IMG/VR virus record: IMGVR_UViG_3300033067_000519
Span: 1 to 45,655 of that record
DNA: 45,655 nt
Reading direction: 5' to 3' (one strand)
From: a virus
Lineage: Duplodnaviria > Caudoviricetes
Shown here: piece by piece, positions 35,308 through 43,927 of the stretch
Numbering within the stretch: the stretch's first letter is position 1
Layout of the letters: each line of letters opens with the position of its first letter
Program-made: the position numbers and the translations under genes
Notes under the pieces: model-generated
What the model saw: the letters and a program-made list of their open reading frames with translations, nothing else
The model's database searches: none
Told to the model about the DNA's origin: nothing

Positions 35308-36451
35308 TGATACGACCATTGAGTTTAACTTCAACTGCTTTAATATCTTTGAGGAAGGTCCTTAGTGCAATCTTGCCGGCTTTAGCAAACTCTTTCAGTT
35401 GCTCCTCGGGCTTACGTAGAGTTTTAGCAACAGATTTGTCTTCGTCGTATCCAACAATTGTTGTGCCTTTAATCGAAAGAGTCTGATAGCTTGCTGCTAC
35501 ATATTTCCCAAGCTTTCGAGTTTTTGTGTTGTAAGTCCAGAGTTCTACTTGCCCAATAATGTCAGCAGGATTGATAGACACCACTTTGAGTAGCTTATCC
35601 TCTTTTGCGTACTTGAGTTTTCCAACCAACTTCTCTTTGCTAGGAGCTTTCTTAACTCGAGCCTTCTTCGTTGCCTTTTTAACTCCGCGGTACTGCTCCA
35701 CTGCCAAGAGTAGTGTGTCAATCCAGCTAATGATTCGTTTGAAGTCGGCTGCTTTGAGATGGCTGTAACCTTCTTTGAGTTGCGCATCTTCTTTGCCCTG
35801 TGCCGCAACCAACTCTGCTTTACGTTTATTGTAAAATTCTTCATACTTGCCCAGCTGACTTTGTACTACATTGTTGCTTACGAGAAACTCATACAACTTA
35901 GTGGAGTTTTTGACTCCGGTAGCAACATCATCAAATATGCCCTCAAGTTCCCCAATGATCTCGGAAGTCTTTTCATTCAAGCGATCTTGAATAGTGGGCT
36001 TGTACACTTCAACTTTGCTGGGTGTTATTTCAACTTCGGCCTCAGGATCTGCATCACTAAGGGCAATGACCTCTAACAAAACTTTTGTCATAAAAGCTGT
36101 ATGTCGCTCACGGAATGGCATACCTACTCGAGTGGCCATAACCAAACTGCAAGCGGTCATTGGCAACCACTTGTCTCCGCTGCGCTCGAAGCTGCGGATT
36201 TGTTCTTTTGTAAACTTGCCCGTAGATTGCATCCACTCAACTACATATTTCTTGCACTGCTTTTGGCTATAGTAATAGTTGTAGTAGTAAAAGCTCTTAC
36301 GCAGATAGTGATCAAATTCTTCATCTGTATAAGCTTCTGCCTCTGCTGTGTTCCAAACAGGTTCTTCCCCCGTATACTTTTCGTCAAAGAATAAAGGATC
36401 GCGCTTTTTTGGCGCTTTTGTACTAATTTTAATGCCGGCTACCGTTGCCAT
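35276..36451 (-). CDS. Hypothetical early protein (391 aa, Lys-rich)
   Basis: Long ORF with own sigma70 promoter; no function recognised. Confidence 0.8.
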   Translation of the reverse strand: MATVAGIKISTKAPKKRDPLFFDEKYTGEEPVWNTAEAEAYTDEEFDHYLRKSFYYYNYYYSQKQCKKYVVEWMQSTGKFTKEQIRSFERSGDKWLPMTACSLVMATRVGMPFRERHTAFMTKVLLEVIALSDADPEAEVEITPSKVEVYKPTIQDRLNEKTSEIIGELEGIFDDVATGVKNSTKLYEFLVSNNVVQSQLGKYEEFYNKRKAELVAAQGKEDAQLKEGYSHLKAADFKRIISWIDTLLLAVEQYRGVKKATKKARVKKAPSKEKLVGKLKYAKEDKLLKVVSINPADIIGQVELWTYNTKTRKLGKYVAASYQTLSIKGTTIVGYDEDKSVAKTLRKPEEQLKEFAKAGKIALRTFLKDIKAVEVKLNGRINEDTLLLKTA

Positions 36452-36479
36452 AGTTGTACCCTAAATGTGTAATTAGCTT

Positions 36480-36508
36480 ATTATACACTAAACACAATAT
36501 TTCGTCAA
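36480..36508 (-). promoter_or_regulatory. Sigma70-type promoter TTGACG-17-TATAAT
   Basis: Direct reading. Confidence 0.8.
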
Positions 36509-36774
36509 GAATCAAGAAGTAGTGCAAAAGTTGCAAGTTCTTCTAGATTGCGCACAGCCTCTATGAATCTCTCAGAGATTGAGTTGAATTCGGGCGTTAG
36601 TCGTTTTAGTCTGCGACACGTAACCGCTTCTTTTGAAAGATCTGTTACTAAATTCTCACAAGTCCGTGCCATTTGCAACAGATCTTTTTTGCTTCTGTAG
36701 TTTTTAACCCCAGCGATTCTAGCCTCGAGTTCACGAAAAGATTCGAGAGTTTGGAGAAATTCTTCAGTAAGCAT
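36505..36774 (-). CDS. Hypothetical helical protein (start MLTEEFLQ)
   Basis: ATG 6 nt after -10 box of promoter 36781-36809. Confidence 0.65.
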   Translation of the reverse strand: MLTEEFLQTLESFRELEARIAGVKNYRSKKDLLQMARTCENLVTDLSKEAVTCRRLKRLTPEFNSISERFIEAVRNLEELATFALLLDS

Positions 36775-36780
36775 GCCCAA

Positions 36781-36820
36781 ATTATACAACAAAGATAACC
36801 GAATGTCTAGTCCATAAATA
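36781..36820. promoter_or_regulatory. Divergent promoters: minus TAGACA-17-TATAAT (36781-36809) and plus late ATAAATA (36814-36820)
   Basis: Direct reading. Confidence 0.7.
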
Positions 36821-36840
36821 TAACAATTAAGGTAGAGAAT

Positions 36841-38013
36841 ATGCCACGTTTAAGCCTTTGGCGCGACAACCATTCGAATGATTACAAATTCACCGATCGT
36901 AGAATATCGGAGATGTTTACAATCGGCGGTACCGGAGTACTAGTACATAAGTACCTCGGAACAAGAAATCAAGGGGTCGACGATCTTACCCAGCCGCAAT
37001 ACACAAATCAAAGTGAGCAAAATATCCAGGACGTGCTGTTCTTGGAAAACAGAGATCGCAAATACGACTCCAGTGTGTACACTATGCGAGGAATTTATCA
37101 AGTCAGCGATAGCGATTTTGATCTAACGCAATTTGGATTGTTTTTGTCAACTGGAACTCTTTTCCTAACTTTCCACATCAACGACATGGTAGAGACTATT
37201 GGTCGTAAAATTATGAGCGGGGATGTCATTGAACTAACCCACCTTACAGATTACGATGCCTTAGATGACTTGCCAGTAGCATTAAAAAGATTCTTTATTG
37301 TAGGCGATTGCAGCCGAGCTAGCGAAGGATTTAGTCCCACTTGGTGGCCCCATCTATGGAGATGTAAGATTAGCCCGCTAGTTGATAGCCAAGAATACAA
37401 AGATATCCTAAACAAAGTGCAGACAGCATCAACTGGGGAAGATATGAGTTTGCGTGATATTATCAGCACTTACAACAAATACAACGATATCAACGATGCT
37501 ATTGTCGGGCAAGCTGAAGTTGATGTTCCGCAAAGTGGATACGATACTAGTTTGATTTTTGTGCAACCGGTAACCGCAGAGGGCGAAATGACTCCGTCTA
37601 AAGTAGCAACTGCCGATAACTTTTCTGCACTAAACGCCAACGCAAGCGACAGCACTACTGCTGCGGATACGCAATTAATTACCCCAGATGCAAAAGTTTC
37701 GGGTTGGTTAACCGGCGACGGACTAGCACCCAATGGACTGCCGGTGGAAAGCGGAATAGCTTTCCCAATGGCTCCGACACTAGGGGATTACTGCTTACGT
37801 CTAGACTATTCGCCTAACAGACTGTTTAGATACGACGGAAGACGCTGGGTTAAGATTGAAGATGCTATTAGATCCAAGCTGACCCCGGGCGTAGAGAACA
37901 AAACGCTCAAAAGTGGGTTTGTTAATAACCAAGATACATACACCGATTATGCTGGCACCCACGAACAGCGACAAGGGCTTAGTCAAGCTCTTAAACCCAA
38001 GGCCGACAACTAA
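36841..38013 (+). CDS. Putative neck/head-closure protein (gp14-like)
   Basis: DLTQFGLF segment and SGDVIEL resemble gp14; precedes gp15-like gene; late motif. Confidence 0.6.
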   Translation: MPRLSLWRDNHSNDYKFTDRRISEMFTIGGTGVLVHKYLGTRNQGVDDLTQPQYTNQSEQNIQDVLFLENRDRKYDSSVYTMRGIYQVSDSDFDLTQFGLFLSTGTLFLTFHINDMVETIGRKIMSGDVIELTHLTDYDALDDLPVALKRFFIVGDCSRASEGFSPTWWPHLWRCKISPLVDSQEYKDILNKVQTASTGEDMSLRDIISTYNKYNDINDAIVGQAEVDVPQSGYDTSLIFVQPVTAEGEMTPSKVATADNFSALNANASDSTTAADTQLITPDAKVSGWLTGDGLAPNGLPVESGIAFPMAPTLGDYCLRLDYSPNRLFRYDGRRWVKIEDAIRSKLTPGVENKTLKSGFVNNQDTYTDYAGTHEQRQGLSQALKPKADN

Positions 38014-39413
38014 TGAGTTACACCACATTCTTTTACGATCATCAAATTCGCAGATTCCTTACTCAATTTATAAGGATCATGAGCAACTTCCAAGTTCAAC
38101 TTAGCAACGACGACCAGGGCGGTGCAGTGTATCAGCGAGTGCCAGTGTTTTACGGTGATGCTAGCAGACAGGCTAGTCAGATTCTAAGATCTAATAGCGA
38201 AAATACAATTAAAGCAGTACCAGCAATGGCTGTACATATCAATGCACTCACCTATGATCGAGATCGTGTACAAGAACCCAACTTTGTTAGCAAAATGAAT
38301 ATTCGTACTAGATACTTTGACGAATCTACAGGGCAGTACACAAATCAACAAGGCGGAACGTATACAGTTGAAAGATTGATGCCGGTGCCATACAGACTAA
38401 CGCTCAAAGTTGACGTCTGGACTAGTAATACCGAACAGAAACTGATGCTGTTAGAACAAATTATGATCATGTTCAACCCAGCAATGGAGATTCAGAGTAC
38501 CGATAACTATATCGACTGGACTAGCTTGAGCTATGTATTACTGACTGATATCGGGTGGAGTAACCGCAGTGTACCTATGGGAACCGAGGAATCCATCGAT
38601 ATTGCTACACTGACTTTCGAATTACCTATTTGGATTAGTGCCCCTGCAAAGGTCAAACAACTAGGCGTTATTAAGAAAATTATCAACAGCATATACGACG
38701 CCAATGGTAACTTAATAGACATCGCCGGCGATGGAGATGTAGCAGGCTATTCTAAAATGTCCGACCAAAGCTTGACGTTTGATAACTTTACAGTAGTCTA
38801 CCAAGGAAATACTCTCAAACTGCTAAAGAGAAATGATATTGTTGCTACCGAAACTAAAATTACACAAGAACTCGAAATAAGAATGCGCCACTCATGGCAG
38901 GCATTACTGAGTGTGTACGGTACTTTACAAAATGGTCTTAGTCAAATTAGATTACTGCAAAGCAATGGCAGTGAGTTAGTAGGAACCGTTGCATTCCACC
39001 CTACAGATGATACTTTGTTATTGTATACCCCCGACGTTGATACTATGCCCGGAAACACTATAGGTGCAATCAATGCCATTATCAATCCACAAAATATCGA
39101 CGTTGACGTGTACTTAACCAATCCAACTACCGGCACACGGTATTTGTTGCTACACGGCGTCGGCCACGATGGGGATACAGAACTTGCACCTGCATGGAAC
39201 CCAGAAGGTCAGCGACCTCTTGTGGCCAATGCCAATGATATAGTAGAATACAATGGTATACACTGGGCTGTGGCATTTGATAGCCAAACAGAACAAGATG
39301 TAGCTTATGTAACCAATATGACTACTGGTATACAATATAAATGGCAAAATGGCAACTGGAGTAAAAGTGTCGAAGGACGCTACGATGGTGCTAACTGGAG
39401 TTTGAGACTTTGA
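38013..39413 (+). CDS. gp15: Tail sheath stabiliser / tail terminator (gp15-like) with C-terminal extension
   Basis: FFYDHQIRRF, VPVFYG, MPVPY, QKLMLLEQI...FNP, TLTF. Confidence 0.8.
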   Translation: MSYTTFFYDHQIRRFLTQFIRIMSNFQVQLSNDDQGGAVYQRVPVFYGDASRQASQILRSNSENTIKAVPAMAVHINALTYDRDRVQEPNFVSKMNIRTRYFDESTGQYTNQQGGTYTVERLMPVPYRLTLKVDVWTSNTEQKLMLLEQIMIMFNPAMEIQSTDNYIDWTSLSYVLLTDIGWSNRSVPMGTEESIDIATLTFELPIWISAPAKVKQLGVIKKIINSIYDANGNLIDIAGDGDVAGYSKMSDQSLTFDNFTVVYQGNTLKLLKRNDIVATETKITQELEIRMRHSWQALLSVYGTLQNGLSQIRLLQSNGSELVGTVAFHPTDDTLLLYTPDVDTMPGNTIGAINAIINPQNIDVDVYLTNPTTGTRYLLLHGVGHDGDTELAPAWNPEGQRPLVANANDIVEYNGIHWAVAFDSQTEQDVAYVTNMTTGIQYKWQNGNWSKSVEGRYDGANWSLRL

Positions 39414-39853
39414 TTGAAGGAACCGGTGCGCTAATTTATAGCATACGCACTAAGAGATATCTATTTGTGCTAAGAAACGGTGCCAAGTATTCGGGCACCT
39501 GGGGTCTCCCTGGAGGGAAAATAGATCCAGGTGAAACTGTGGCGCAAGCGCTGGCACGTGAAATTGAAGAAGAACTTGGCGGGGTAATCAGGGATAGTAA
39601 GCTGTACCCTATAGAACAGTTTACCAGCGACAATCAAAAATTTAGATATCACACATTTTTGATACCAGTTGACGACGAATTTATACCCGACTTAAACAAC
39701 GAGCATCGGGGATATGCATGGTGCGCAATAGACGATTACCCGAGACCATTGCATCCCGGGGTTTGGCGCACCATTAGTTTCAGCGAAGTTGTTAACAAGC
39801 TAAAAACTGTGCAGAAACTGCTAGATCAAGAAGGCGTAAAGAGATCTGAGTAA
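39410..39853 (+). CDS. NUDIX hydrolase
   Basis: GGKIDPGETVAQALAREIEEELG NUDIX box. Confidence 0.93.
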   Translation: MIEGTGALIYSIRTKRYLFVLRNGAKYSGTWGLPGGKIDPGETVAQALAREIEEELGGVIRDSKLYPIEQFTSDNQKFRYHTFLIPVDDEFIPDLNNEHRGYAWCAIDDYPRPLHPGVWRTISFSEVVNKLKTVQKLLDQEGVKRSE

Positions 39854-40005
39854 TTGTGCAATAGCCAAGCTAATGCAGCATCAACATCTCTAAACGGCGC
39901 ACCCGATTCACTATTAAATGGCTGGTGTATGATGTGCTGACCTCGCTCATACACATCTAAAACGCCACGCTCAAATGTATAACTGATGTATTCTTTTATT
40001 TTCAT
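39826..40005 (-). CDS. Small hypothetical protein (59 aa, MKIKEYISYTF...)
   Basis: AGGT SD and TAAATA at 40024-40029; not in ORF track. Confidence 0.6.
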   Translation of the reverse strand: MKIKEYISYTFERGVLDVYERGQHIIHQPFNSESGAPFRDVDAALAWLLHNYSDLFTPS

Positions 40006-40026
40006 ATTATTACCTACTAGTTATAT

Positions 40027-43000
40027 TTAGCGGCGTACGAAATGGTAATCGCCATCGGGACCGTTGTCGCTAAACATGCCTTGACACGCAAATCCAATTG
40101 AGTCCATATAAGCAATCACTTCATCTCTTAATGGCGCTCCTGTATTATATTCCACTTTTTGCAATTCTAAGATAACGTGCTGTGCATGCTTGATAACCCC
40201 AAGCGATCCCCGTATGATATCTAATTCTGCACCTTGTACATCAATTTTAACCAAGTCTGGCAGAGGCCACTGATTATTAGATACCACATCACTTAGAGAT
40301 TGAGTAATGTACTGACGCTTGTGTGATTCGTTAAAATATTCAGGTACACTGGGATTGTATGCTACATTCTCTTTGTAGTAGCTGTTTCCGCCAGGAAAGT
40401 AATCATTTTGCCAGAACTCAACAGATTTTCCAGACACATCGCTAATCACGCCAATATTGTAATCGATACCCTGCTCCTTGTATAAAAATTCAGCAGCTGG
40501 CATAGCATCAAATGCTACAAATTTTGCATCAGGCCAAGTTCTTTTTGCTGCATCAGTCCAATGCAATACGCAACTACCAATGTCGTATACAACCGCAGGA
40601 GTGAACCCAAACTCATTCTTCATCTTGGTTAGGTAATCTCTATGAGGCTGTGGTAACAAAGGCCGATTCTTGAGATTTCGCAAATGAGTATTGATCTCGG
40701 GCTCAGTAGGCAGATTTGACTTAGTAACACCAACTAAAAACTCAGTACTACCAATATGTCTGCAATGGATAGTAGTATCGGCCCAAATCCTGAAACCTTT
40801 AGCTAATGCTTTTCTGCAGAAATCAACGTCCTCAGAAACAGTGTTGCTATGATCAATTGCACTATGATACTCAAAGTGCGGGTAAGGCATCGAACGCATA
40901 ACTTCGGCTTTGACTAGTACGCACCCAAATCCACAACTGGCAATTTCTACTAGTCCACGGCCAGCAATTTTTCCGTAGGGTACATTTGTTACGCCGCCAT
41001 GGCCATTGTGCTCGTATATTTCCAATATGTGTTGCCCGGGCTTGCGCTGAATGTAAAGCCCCGAGACCATGTCCACATTGTGTGCAAGTAATCGTTTAAG
41101 AGTGTCGGGACTAAACGCAATGTCACTGTCTACACTAAACAGATAATCAAACCCTTTAACTACCCAATCTGCGATCAGGTTGCGAACCTGATCAATATTG
41201 TATCCATAGAAGAACTGAAAGGTTGTTTCATACCCCTCGGGTACTTCTAAATCGTAAATGCTCTTGAAGGTATCAGGTTCAATATTACGTGCTGTGGGAA
41301 TTGCTATTAATATCTTTTTTTTTGGTTGTGTCATTTTATTTAAAATTATTGCAGCATTGGTGTTCTGTTCTACTGCGTTTACTTTGTAATCATTCAGGGG
41401 GCTTGCATCATTGTAATTATACACTACTTCTTGCAAGCATTTGACTTTATCGGGGTCGGCGGCTTCAATTAAACTATAAAAAGTGCTACCATCGCCGCCG
41501 GCACGAAACCACTTACCGCTGTCATCTTGAAAACTGCTGTCCGGAATACCCTTGATTAGTCTCTGCTTGAATGTTCGTAAGTGAGTATAAGGCATGTTCC
41601 AGTTAAACTTGTGCTGCCTGTAGGACTTAGACTGCTTAATATGATCTGGATAGGGTTGGCTAATTAATGGAATATTGTCAACTACACTCCAGCAACTGCC
41701 GTAAGTAAACTCTGTGCTACCATCGTAGATACTGTTGTAGTAATCAAAAATAGTGTTATCATTTACTAGGCTGTCATCGCCGTCTAGAATCATAACAATA
41801 GCTTCGGGCTCAGATAAACCGCGAATTACCGATACTTGATTAGCAACTGCCCCAACATTTTCTAGATTGTTAAGAACCACAAACTTACGCTTGATATCAT
41901 CGGGCAGCTGATTCAATGCACCATAAAGATACTGCAAGGTATTATCAGTACTAGCATCATTAACCAAGTAAACTTGATAATTGCTGTAATCCTGTGCAGC
42001 GATACTAGCAATACACTTGCCAATATATTGTTCACAATTGTAGAATGTACTGATAACAACAATAGGCTGTTCGGTGCCGGCTTTGTAGTGATCAAACTCA
42101 ACTGGATTGGTATAGCGTCTGCCCCATAACTTATGTACTTTACGATTTATTTTAGTAACTTGTTGGTACTCGCTTCTAGGAAGATAGTGCCCTGTTTGTT
42201 TAAAAATAAATTGCTTCCATTGCAGTGCTACACTGTCCCAACCAGCAATGTCCTTAATGGCATTGCAATAATACTGCTTTTGCTGATGCAAATACGTATT
42301 ATGATATGCCTGTATAGTTTCATAGGCAAACTTTTTAACTTGTTCTGGGCTATTGATATCGGGAAAAAGTCCATTGGGTTCGATGGAGTAATCAATCTTG
42401 TAACTAGCACCGTCTAATGCAATTTCTTCCAATGCCCCAAATCTGCAAGTAATTACCGGGGTATTATACAACAAACTTTCTAGAGTAGAAATACCAAAAG
42501 TCTCGGGAAAAGCCGAGGGGTAGATCATAAAGTTTGCCTGTGTTAAAATCTCGCCAATTTCTCGTTGCGGAATTACTCCAGTGAACTCAATGCCCATCTG
42601 TGCGTACTTGGGATCAGCTACCATTCGACGCCAATCTTGTTCTTGTGCATCAGGTCCGCTGCTGTCACTAAATCTGTAATACCCCCCAATGACTTTGAGT
42701 CGGGCTTGAGGGATATTCTGTTTGACTATGGGCCATACTTGGTTTACTAGAGGGATCATGCCCTTAGTAACACTAGCGTTGTAAACGAACAAGTTACGAT
42801 CTTTAGCTGCAATATCAACATGTTTGTTATAGCATCGGGCACCGTTTCGGGTAATGAACAGCTTGTTCTTTAATACCTCAAAATTGCGACGACGGCCATG
42901 ATGGCAATTGGCCACATACGTCAAGTGAAAGTCGCTAAGTGTAAAGATATCAGTGATGCGATTGGATACTGCTAGTTCCTCGATCATGTTGTCGCCAAGA

Positions 43001-43392
43001 CAAAATGTATCGTGCATCCAAAGCACACGCATCTTTGCCCGGCTAACAATGCGATTGTACAAGTCATATGTCTGCAAAGGCATTGCACGGGCATCATTTA
43101 ATTCCGGATAACGTGCAGGATCAACGAAAGGAATAATCGTGCGGCTGCTTACTACAACGTCAAAAACATGATCGTTAACTAACTCAGAAATGGGGCGATA
43201 TGTAACTCGATTGTAAATGCCCGGGCGAGCATGATCGATATTGCAGTTGTTAAAAACAGTAACATCAAATCCCAATTGGGCCAATTCTTCGGCCATAAAA
43301 GTTACAGCACTTTCGGATCCGCCTAGCCCCTGTGCGTGGACTGTGGTTCCATCGTAGGGCAATCCGATAATATCTATAATTGCAATCTTCAT
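40027..43392 (-). CDS. Multidomain glycosyltransferase: GT4 + GT2 + GT2-like + FkbM-type methyltransferase (1121 aa)
   Basis: GLGGSE and ETFGISTLE (GT-B); VNDASTD and LDGDD (GT-A); SVDSD and SEDVDFC (GT-A); YDIGS and VKIDVQGAE (FkbM). Confidence 0.88.
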   Translation of the reverse strand: MKIAIIDIIGLPYDGTTVHAQGLGGSESAVTFMAEELAQLGFDVTVFNNCNIDHARPGIYNRVTYRPISELVNDHVFDVVVSSRTIIPFVDPARYPELNDARAMPLQTYDLYNRIVSRAKMRVLWMHDTFCLGDNMIEELAVSNRITDIFTLSDFHLTYVANCHHGRRRNFEVLKNKLFITRNGARCYNKHVDIAAKDRNLFVYNASVTKGMIPLVNQVWPIVKQNIPQARLKVIGGYYRFSDSSGPDAQEQDWRRMVADPKYAQMGIEFTGVIPQREIGEILTQANFMIYPSAFPETFGISTLESLLYNTPVITCRFGALEEIALDGASYKIDYSIEPNGLFPDINSPEQVKKFAYETIQAYHNTYLHQQKQYYCNAIKDIAGWDSVALQWKQFIFKQTGHYLPRSEYQQVTKINRKVHKLWGRRYTNPVEFDHYKAGTEQPIVVISTFYNCEQYIGKCIASIAAQDYSNYQVYLVNDASTDNTLQYLYGALNQLPDDIKRKFVVLNNLENVGAVANQVSVIRGLSEPEAIVMILDGDDSLVNDNTIFDYYNSIYDGSTEFTYGSCWSVVDNIPLISQPYPDHIKQSKSYRQHKFNWNMPYTHLRTFKQRLIKGIPDSSFQDDSGKWFRAGGDGSTFYSLIEAADPDKVKCLQEVVYNYNDASPLNDYKVNAVEQNTNAAIILNKMTQPKKKILIAIPTARNIEPDTFKSIYDLEVPEGYETTFQFFYGYNIDQVRNLIADWVVKGFDYLFSVDSDIAFSPDTLKRLLAHNVDMVSGLYIQRKPGQHILEIYEHNGHGGVTNVPYGKIAGRGLVEIASCGFGCVLVKAEVMRSMPYPHFEYHSAIDHSNTVSEDVDFCRKALAKGFRIWADTTIHCRHIGSTEFLVGVTKSNLPTEPEINTHLRNLKNRPLLPQPHRDYLTKMKNEFGFTPAVVYDIGSCVLHWTDAAKRTWPDAKFVAFDAMPAAEFLYKEQGIDYNIGVISDVSGKSVEFWQNDYFPGGNSYYKENVAYNPSVPEYFNESHKRQYITQSLSDVVSNNQWPLPDLVKIDVQGAELDIIRGSLGVIKHAQHVILELQKVEYNTGAPLRDEVIAYMDSIGFACQGMFSDNGPDGDYHFVRR

Positions 43393-43397
43393 ATGCT

Positions 43398-43426
43398 ATT
43401 ATATAGCCAAGTACGAAGATTGTCAA
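43398..43426 (-). promoter_or_regulatory. Perfect sigma70 promoter TTGACA-17-TATAAT, 5 nt before the ATG
   Basis: Direct reading. Confidence 0.85.
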
Positions 43427-43457
43427 AAATATATTTTGGCTGTTCGTGCGTTACAAC

Positions 43458-43874
43458 TTATCTAAAAACTGCAATGCTAATTTGGTTAGCATTGATTAGG
43501 GACCCGGCAGTATTGTGACTATTAACTTGTATAGTAGAACTAGTATCCATGTATGGCGAAGCATACCCGCCGTCAACTCCGAGAATTCTAGCGGTGCCAG
43601 TTACGCATCCGTTAGCATCATCGAGGGCGTTGGTTAATGTTACTACATATTGCCCTGTTGCACTCCTGGTGACAGAGGACACATTGAACGATGATCTAAT
43701 AGAGGGAGGGGTCGCCGATCCGTCAAAGTTTACCCATGCTCTACATAAAGTACCAATTCCTGTACCACTAGCAGCACTACCAGTATATCCTATTACACCC
43801 TGACTACCAGTATAACCACTAGGCTGTAGGCCAAAATTAGTTGTTAGTAATTGTTGTAAGCTTTGATCGCTCAT
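43458..43874 (-). CDS. Short fibre/virion protein with GYTGS collagen-like segment and RAWVNFDG domain
   Basis: GYTGSQGVIGYTGS; CRAWVNFDG...SFNVSSVT...GQYVV; TAAATA at 43900-43905. Confidence 0.7.
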   Translation of the reverse strand: MSDQSLQQLLTTNFGLQPSGYTGSQGVIGYTGSAASGTGIGTLCRAWVNFDGSATPPSIRSSFNVSSVTRSATGQYVVTLTNALDDANGCVTGTARILGVDGGYASPYMDTSSTIQVNSHNTAGSLINANQISIAVFR

Positions 43875-43927
43875 ATTAATCCATTCTACTTTATTCTAAT
43901 ATTTAGCCAAGTCAAAAATATCTTAAA

